Shown here: one piece after another, positions 16,829 to 22,299 of the stretch
Numbering within the stretch: position 1 is the stretch's first letter
How the letters are laid out: every line of letters starts with the position of its first letter
NCBI GenBank assembly: GCA_049969675.1
Contig: JBMFOP010000053.1
Coordinates: forward strand, 1-22,299
Origin: Myxococcota bacterium
GTDB lineage: Bacteria; Myxococcota; SpSt-1050
Reading direction: 5' to 3'
Length of the DNA stretch: 22,299 bases
Made by a program: the position numbers and the translations under genes
The notes under the pieces: generated by a model
Told to the model about the DNA's origin: nothing
The model's database searches: none
What the model saw: only the letters and a program-made list of their open reading frames with translations

Positions 16829-19705
16829 TTAAATCTTGACAAGATTGACATATGTATCATAAAATCCAACACTTCCTCCTACAGGGTCAATAAAGCAGGT
16901 GTTTTTAAGGAATGGGTCAGACCACATAACAGGATTGGCGTGAAATCCAGCACTCCTCCTTTTGTCTCCCAATATTTTTACTCCATCTATCTCAAAATCT
17001 GCAGCACCTGTTGCCCAGTGCCCAAAACCAAGTACAAATGTAATAATACCCGGTTTTACTGTCTCTGTAATCCTGACCTTCCCTGCAATTATCCTCTGTT
17101 CTTTATCATTAATTTGTAAAATACCTTCGGGATTGGTACTGCTTGTAACCTTTACCATATCTCCATTTTTTAATCCGAATTTAAGGGCATCAATTGAATT
17201 AACCAATATCTCATTTTCTGGCATCAGTGGCAATAAATAATAATTTGAAATAGTTCTGGACTTTGTATGCACAATAGTTCTATTCGTAATTAAATTTAAT
17301 GGATATCCGTTTCGCAATTCATCAGGGAGTTTACCGGTATATCCCATAACAGGGATATAGCAGGCATATCCCTTGTGATGTTTACCTGTCCCACTATGAA
17401 TGGTCTTATAAGTCTTCTCCTGATAAATATTTAGTAGTGTTCCATACGGATGTGTAAATAAGCCATCTTTAAATGCCTTATGATATTCTTCAAATCTTCC
17501 GCCCCTGTTCAATACATAAATAACCTTTTTATACATCCTGTCTCCAACAATCCTCTTAAGACGTTCAATATCTACAACAGATTTATCAATGTGTGAGCGG
17601 GACTTAATAAAGATATCTATTTCATAATCCGAGGCATCAGGTACATTCTGTGACCCATCCTCCTTTTCACCAAATGCAACATTTGCAACCATTCTAAGAT
17701 ACATATCGTCTGGATGAAAAAAGTCTAATCCAGTCCCAAAAGCGTCTTTTCCGAAACCAGGTAGTTTCAAATTTTCTGCTATTTTTAATACCAATGCCTC
17801 AAATGATATAGGTATCTGATTTCCAAAGACTGTGCACTTTTCTGTCAAAGCAGATATCACAGGCTGCCTTATATTCTGCACCTTAAATGGTATATTTGGA
17901 TGCGAACCTTGAAATTCCCATCGCTCAAGATATGATAAGTCTGGAAAGATATAATCCGCATACATTGATGTGGTGCCAATAAGTATATCACTGGCAATAA
18001 TTAGAGGGATCTTACTGGTATCTTTTAGTGCTTCAATCTGTTTATGTCCTGATGGCAGACTATATACCGGGCTTCCCATATATAGGAACAGCACCTTTAT
18101 TGGATAAGGATATTGGTCAGCAGCGGATGGAATGATTTCTTCATAGACATCACTGGCGAGCGGATAATAATTTCGCTTTGCCGGATATCCATCAAATAGT
18201 GTTGTCTTTTCATAAGGGATATTTGACCTGATAAGATTTAGTCCAAATGCATCTATTTTACCCGGATGTTTTGAAAGGTCAAACAACTTCCCCTTCCCCT
18301 TAATGTCATATGTTGACGCCTTTATCATCCCTCCCTGGTGGTCAATGTTCCCGAGTAGAATATTAACCGTCATCCATGATAGGACATTATAAAAACCATT
18401 TGAGTGTTGAGCGGGTCCCCTATGCAAGTCTATTGCACAGGAATCTCTATATTCAGAGATCATTTCACATAATCTCTTTACATCATCTACTTCAAGTTCA
18501 CATATTTTACACCATTCCTCAAAACTCTTACTCTCTGCTTCTTCTTTTATAATCTGAAGTGCGCTTTTTAATCTCCGACCACCCTCCAATTTGATATTCA
18601 CAAAGAGCTCACCAAAGAGCTCTTCGCCCTCTTCATTGGGGTCAAAGGCAATATATTTTCCATCCTTAAAAATTACAAGAAACTTTTCTACATACTCCTT
18701 CCCATCCTTATTTTTTCTTATCTCTTCTTTTCTAAGCGGCTTCCCATCTACTAATAACTCAGAGGCCCTCACAAAGGTTGATGGTTTTCCGTCTCTGATT
18801 TCTACAAGCCAGGTTGCATTTGTATAAGATGGCTCTCCTATCTTCTTTGCCGCCATCTTATTTGCCGCTGCTAAAAACTTCTCATTATAAATCTTATTTA
18901 TTGTGCTGTTTGGGTTATTGAGGTCGCCAAAATAGGTTGCCCTGCCTATGCAGGTGGTTACACAGATTGGCAATAGACCATTTTCTACTCTGTGAATACA
19001 GAAATGACACTTTCTTGCATTGCCTATTGGAGATTTATGCCCTTCTCGTATGATCCGTATATGATATTCAAAACTCGGTCCATATTCATATTTCTGTTTA
19101 CCTCCCAAAATATTCTGATTTATTTGAATATCACCTGTGTAGCTCTCACCAAAATCTGAAACTCTTGCACCATAAGGACAGGCAGTAATGCAATATCTAC
19201 ATCCAATACATTTATCATAATCAATCTCTACAATTCCATCTTCCCGTTTATATGTTGCTCTAACTGGACATACGGCTGTACATGTCGGCCGCTCACATTG
19301 CATACATGGACGCGGCGTAAATTTAAGCCTGATGTTTGGAAATTTCCCCAACTCCTCAGTAATAACAGGTCTATACACAACCCCGGGAGGCAATTTATTT
19401 TCCGATATACATCCAACAGTACAGGCATAACATCCAATACATTTCCTGAGGTCTATGAGCATACCCCATCGTCTCTTATCAACTGGCTGTGAGAGAGAAT
19501 ATTCCAGTTCTGATTGCATCTTTAGAATCGGGTCAGATTTATCATTTGCTTTTAAATTTAATCTTATATGGTCAGTCTTTCTTTTTTTAACCCTGCTTTC
19601 TCTTTTATCCCTGAATCTATCTTTTAGTACCCCGGTTAGTGCCGCAGATAGAGCTGCCGCGGTTAGTATTCCAGCTCTGATAATATCTCTTCTGTTGATA
19701 CTCAT
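16829..19705 (-). CDS. Chimeric TtrB-like 4x[4Fe-4S] protein fused to the C-terminal ~686 aa of a TtrA/SrdA-like molybdopterin oxidoreductase
   Basis: Tat signal NRRDII after a GGAGGAGG RBS. Four Fe-S motifs ([40 protein letters not shown]). Then TtrA-like [50 protein letters not shown] and a C-terminal molybdopterin-dinucleotide-binding domain. Confidence 0.85.
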   Translation of the reverse strand: MSINRRDIIRAGILTAAALSAALTGVLKDRFRDKRESRVKKRKTDHIRLNLKANDKSDPILKMQSELEYSLSQPVDKRRWGMLIDLRKCIGCYACTVGCISENKLPPGVVYRPVITEELGKFPNIRLKFTPRPCMQCERPTCTAVCPVRATYKREDGIVEIDYDKCIGCRYCITACPYGARVSDFGESYTGDIQINQNILGGKQKYEYGPSFEYHIRIIREGHKSPIGNARKCHFCIHRVENGLLPICVTTCIGRATYFGDLNNPNSTINKIYNEKFLAAANKMAAKKIGEPSYTNATWLVEIRDGKPSTFVRASELLVDGKPLRKEEIRKNKDGKEYVEKFLVIFKDGKYIAFDPNEEGEELFGELFVNIKLEGGRRLKSALQIIKEEAESKSFEEWCKICELEVDDVKRLCEMISEYRDSCAIDLHRGPAQHSNGFYNVLSWMTVNILLGNIDHQGGMIKASTYDIKGKGKLFDLSKHPGKIDAFGLNLIRSNIPYEKTTLFDGYPAKRNYYPLASDVYEEIIPSAADQYPYPIKVLFLYMGSPVYSLPSGHKQIEALKDTSKIPLIIASDILIGTTSMYADYIFPDLSYLERWEFQGSHPNIPFKVQNIRQPVISALTEKCTVFGNQIPISFEALVLKIAENLKLPGFGKDAFGTGLDFFHPDDMYLRMVANVAFGEKEDGSQNVPDASDYEIDIFIKSRSHIDKSVVDIERLKRIVGDRMYKKVIYVLNRGGRFEEYHKAFKDGLFTHPYGTLLNIYQEKTYKTIHSGTGKHHKGYACYIPVMGYTGKLPDELRNGYPLNLITNRTIVHTKSRTISNYYLLPLMPENEILVNSIDALKFGLKNGDMVKVTSSTNPEGILQINDKEQRIIAGKVRITETVKPGIITFVLGFGHWATGAADFEIDGVKILGDKRRSAGFHANPVMWSDPFLKNTCFIDPVGGSVGFYDTYVNLVKI

Positions 19706-19763
19706 AGATAAGCCTCCTCCATCAATCGCCAATACTCATACCATTTGATAAAAAAATAGCAAA

Positions 19764-19804
19764 GTCAGTAAATTATAAATTCAATGTCAGAAAAAGTCCT
19801 ACAT
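19764..19804. promoter_or_regulatory. Candidate response-regulator operator upstream of the reductase gene
   Basis: Imperfect inverted repeat ATGTCAGA-N5-TCCTACAT (19784-19804), plus a GTCAGTAAA copy 22 bp away. Confidence 0.45.
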
Positions 19805-19807
19805 ATT

Positions 19808-20449
19808 TCAAGAATCTATTTTAACAAATCCCCTTTTCACAGCAAAGTTAAGTAATTCTGGTCTGGATGATATTCCGGTCTTTTCAAATATACGATTTTT
19901 ATAGGTATCAACCGTCTTTTCACTTATACCAAGTTGATAGGCTATCTCCTTGAGCGTAAACCCCTTGACATACATACATAGTACCTGTACCTCGCGATCG
20001 CTGAGCTGGATACCCTGTTCATCTTCATCGGTCATTTTTTTGACGATCTCTGAATCCAGAAAGGTACCGCCCTCCATCACAGTACGGATGGCATTTATCA
20101 GGTCTCTATCTGCTGACCTCTTAGAGACATACCCCTTAGCCCCCTCCTTCAATGCCTGTTTTATATATTGTGCATTTTCATGCATCGTGAGAACAATTAT
20201 CTTAACCTCTGGATATCTTTTTCTTATCTCTTTCATTACCTCCAACCCATTTTCATTATTCAAAGTAATATCAAGCAACAATATATCACAACTCTCTGAT
20301 TCAAGAATCTTAAGCATATCCACACCACTATCTGCCTCCCCAACAATTGTAAACAGCCTTTCACTCTCAAGGAGCATCCGCAATCCCGCCCTCAATATCC
20401 TGTGGTCATCCAAAATCATTAATTTTATCTTTTTCATAACATCCCTCAT
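19808..20449 (-). CDS. NarL/FixJ-family response regulator (REC + LuxR HTH)
   Basis: LDDH, LLLDI (phospho-Asp), LTMH, GYVSK and the HTH LSDREVQVL..KEIAYQLGISEKTVDTYK. The start may instead be 20437. Confidence 0.93.
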   Translation of the reverse strand: MRDVMKKIKLMILDDHRILRAGLRMLLESERLFTIVGEADSGVDMLKILESESCDILLLDITLNNENGLEVMKEIRKRYPEVKIIVLTMHENAQYIKQALKEGAKGYVSKRSADRDLINAIRTVMEGGTFLDSEIVKKMTDEDEQGIQLSDREVQVLCMYVKGFTLKEIAYQLGISEKTVDTYKNRIFEKTGISSRPELLNFAVKRGFVKIDS

Positions 20450-21255
20450 TATGGGGCAATTGGCACTGTGACAATTACACGGGTCCCTCTATCTACCTCT
20501 GACATAATCCTGAAATTACCTCTTATAATCTCCGCCCTTTCCTTCATACCAAATATGCCTATACCCCTTCTATCTGACTCCACTTTCATCCCTCTGCCAT
20601 CATCCGAAATCTCCATCAACAGACAGTCATTAGCCTCTTTTTTCAATATTACCTCAATCTGTCTTGCTGATGAATGTCTTATTGCATTTCTCGTTGCCTC
20701 CTGAAAGATTCTGAACATCTGAACCTCAATCTCTTTTGAGAATCTCTTATTGGTTAAATCTTTATCAGCATAGAGAAAAAATCTGATATTACTATAGGTT
20801 ATGGATAAAATTTTTATCTCTTCTTCTAAAGCCACCAATAGTCCAAAGTCTGTCAGTATCGGGTTTCTGAGTTCCATAGATAATGAATGTATATCATCAA
20901 GGATTGAATTCAGGATTCCCACAAATTCATTGAACTTATTCTGTATATTCACATCTGTTATTGATGCCTCTATAGATTTAATTGCCATCTTGATAGAACT
21001 CAATGTCTGCCCTGTCCTGTCATGCAATTCTCTGGAGATTCGTAACCTCTCATCTTCCTGTGTATTTATCAATCTCTGCACCAACTCCTTACGCGCCAGT
21101 TGTTCTCGTAAAATAGTATCCGCCATATTATTAAACTCTCTTGAGAGTCTTCCTATCTCATCATCAAACCATGGTTTTGCTCTGATACTTAAATCTCCAT
21201 CCTTTATTTTATCAATAGCCTGTATCAGGTTTTTAATTTTGAAATATATTGGTAT
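20449..21255 (-). pseudogene. 5'-truncated sensor histidine kinase (HAMP + HisKA_3 + HATPase), lacking TM and sensor domains
   Basis: ERLRISRELHD H-box, QEATRNAIRHS N-box, DDGRG and GIFGMKERA. The frame stays open upstream of the ATG at 21126 and encodes a HAMP (IKNLIQAIDKIKDGDLSIRAKPWFDDEIGRLSREFNNM) up to a TAG at 21256-21258, with no ATG/GTG/TTG start in that stretch. Confidence 0.8.
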
Positions 21256-21991
21256 CTATATTTATCTTTGTGACGACCGGGGGCATCCCAAAATCGGGTG
21301 AGATATCAATGACTCTGGTATTGTCCTTAATATCTTTGTTTGAATCAGCAAGCATATCATATACTATTGAATCAACAGATGCGCCATCCACCAATCCATT
21401 AACAATAAGTTCTATGGATTTATCATGACTTGATGTATATACCACTCTATTAAAATAATCGGAGGGCTTAAGGTTTTTAGTCGTCAACAGATATTTAACA
21501 TATAAATAACCGGTCAAAGACAGTGGGTCTGTAAACGCAAAGCTATGATTCTTTAGTTCATCAAAATTATTGATATTGATTTTACTATTTACTATTATGT
21601 ATGAGTTATATGTAGTTTTATCTCTTATTTGAGGAACCACAAGAATTTTCATACTCTCTCTATCCATCAGATAAGAACCAGTACATATAATTGCGATATC
21701 ACATTCATTACTCTTTATTGCATTGTTTGTATCTATGTAAGATCTAAAAAATACCTGTTCTATCTCTATTCCGAGTCTCTCCTGAATATATTTTATCAAT
21801 CTGCTATAATATGCAAAAGACGATTTCGGTGAAATTACGGGGGCAACAGCAAATTTTAAAGATGTACTGGATTTCGCTGTTCTAACTACGGCAGATGGGT
21901 CATCTGCATATATCTTTACATTCCTCTCTTTTTTATCAGAACAACATAAAAAACTAAGTACTATGAAGAAGATGGATAAAATATATTTCAT
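21233..21991 (-). CDS. PhnD-like (phosphonate/oxyanion) substrate-binding lipoprotein, probably C-terminally truncated
   Basis: Lipoprotein-like signal ending FLCC. LKFAVAPVISP, YNSYIIV, FAFTDPLSLTG, SHDKSI..VDGASVD and SPDFGMPPVV. Stops 11 aa after PPVV. Confidence 0.85.
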   Translation of the reverse strand: MKYILSIFFIVLSFLCCSDKKERNVKIYADDPSAVVRTAKSSTSLKFAVAPVISPKSSFAYYSRLIKYIQERLGIEIEQVFFRSYIDTNNAIKSNECDIAIICTGSYLMDRESMKILVVPQIRDKTTYNSYIIVNSKININNFDELKNHSFAFTDPLSLTGYLYVKYLLTTKNLKPSDYFNRVVYTSSHDKSIELIVNGLVDGASVDSIVYDMLADSNKDIKDNTRVIDISPDFGMPPVVTKINIDTNIFQN

Positions 21992-22062
21992 AGAAAGTAT
22001 AATACCTTATTTTTTGTTATCGTCAACAATCATTTCATCTACTCCTCTCTTTTTAGTAGATA

Positions 22063-22299
22063 TCATATCTCACCAAAATAAATTTTAATTTTAGACCTCT
22101 TAGATATTGAATCTTGAAGCGGATGTTCACCTAGCTTGCCATCCCGATTATACCCATAAGCCCCAAAATGGTTATGTTCCCCCTCTAAGTAACTGCTCGT
22201 TACATCATACAAAAATAACACACCTGCCTTCCTGTCACGCCTCCATCTGAATAGTCTCTCTTCTATCTCCCCTTGATTTTCTGCCAGCCATCTCAGATT
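22063..22299 (-). mobile_element. IS1634-family transposase fragment, truncated
   Basis: Frame not in the ORF track translates NLRWLAENQGEIEERLF..VLFLYDVTSSYLEGEHNHFGAYGYNRDGK, the IS1634 first-catalytic-Asp region. It then diverges at about 22132 and stops at 22063. Confidence 0.8.

Noticed and set aside
16829..19705. Interpretation as ActB of alternative complex III
   Set aside because: Domain order is reversed, the motifs are TtrA-like and no actA/C/D/E/F genes are present.
21225..21245. Programmed frameshift producing a TtrS-like SBP-kinase fusion
   Set aside because: The fusion would have no TM helix between the periplasmic domain and the HAMP, and the SBP would still be truncated.
403..21832. 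Many short ORFs antisense or out of frame to the main genes (for example 4493-4912, 11883-12374, 19950-20471, 20801-21301)
   Set aside because: They lie over well-supported genes and have no recognisable motifs, so they are treated as shadow ORFs.

Overview
AT-rich bacterial genomic window, probably from a low-GC Myxococcota/deltaproteobacterial-type organism (inferred from the Flp pilin, the PilZ protein and the acidic-linker lipoproteins). The left half holds unrelated genes: a POT/MFS peptide transporter, a Cys-rich repeat lipoprotein, a GT4 glycosyltransferase with an O-antigen-ligase-like protein, an MBL hydrolase, an unknown lipoprotein, tRNA-Arg(CCT) followed by a PilZ gene, an orphan Flp pilin and a SAM methyltransferase. 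The right half (10.7-22.0 kb, all minus strand) is one molybdoenzyme island: PhnD-like binding lipoprotein, HAMP/HisKA_3 kinase, NarL-type regulator, a TtrB-TtrA-like chimeric oxidoreductase, porin, tatA, a Moco/Tuco riboswitch lacking P3, moaA, moaC-moaB fusion, moeA, MOSC protein and MOT1 molybdate transporter. An IS1634 transposase fragment lies at the right edge. The island shows two apparent deletion junctions. One joins ttrB to the 3' two-thirds of ttrA in frame, with no ttrC and no catalytic N-terminus. The other joins the binding-protein gene out of frame to the kinase HAMP domain. tatA also reads through into the riboswitch. All family assignments are from motif recognition by eye; no searches were run.
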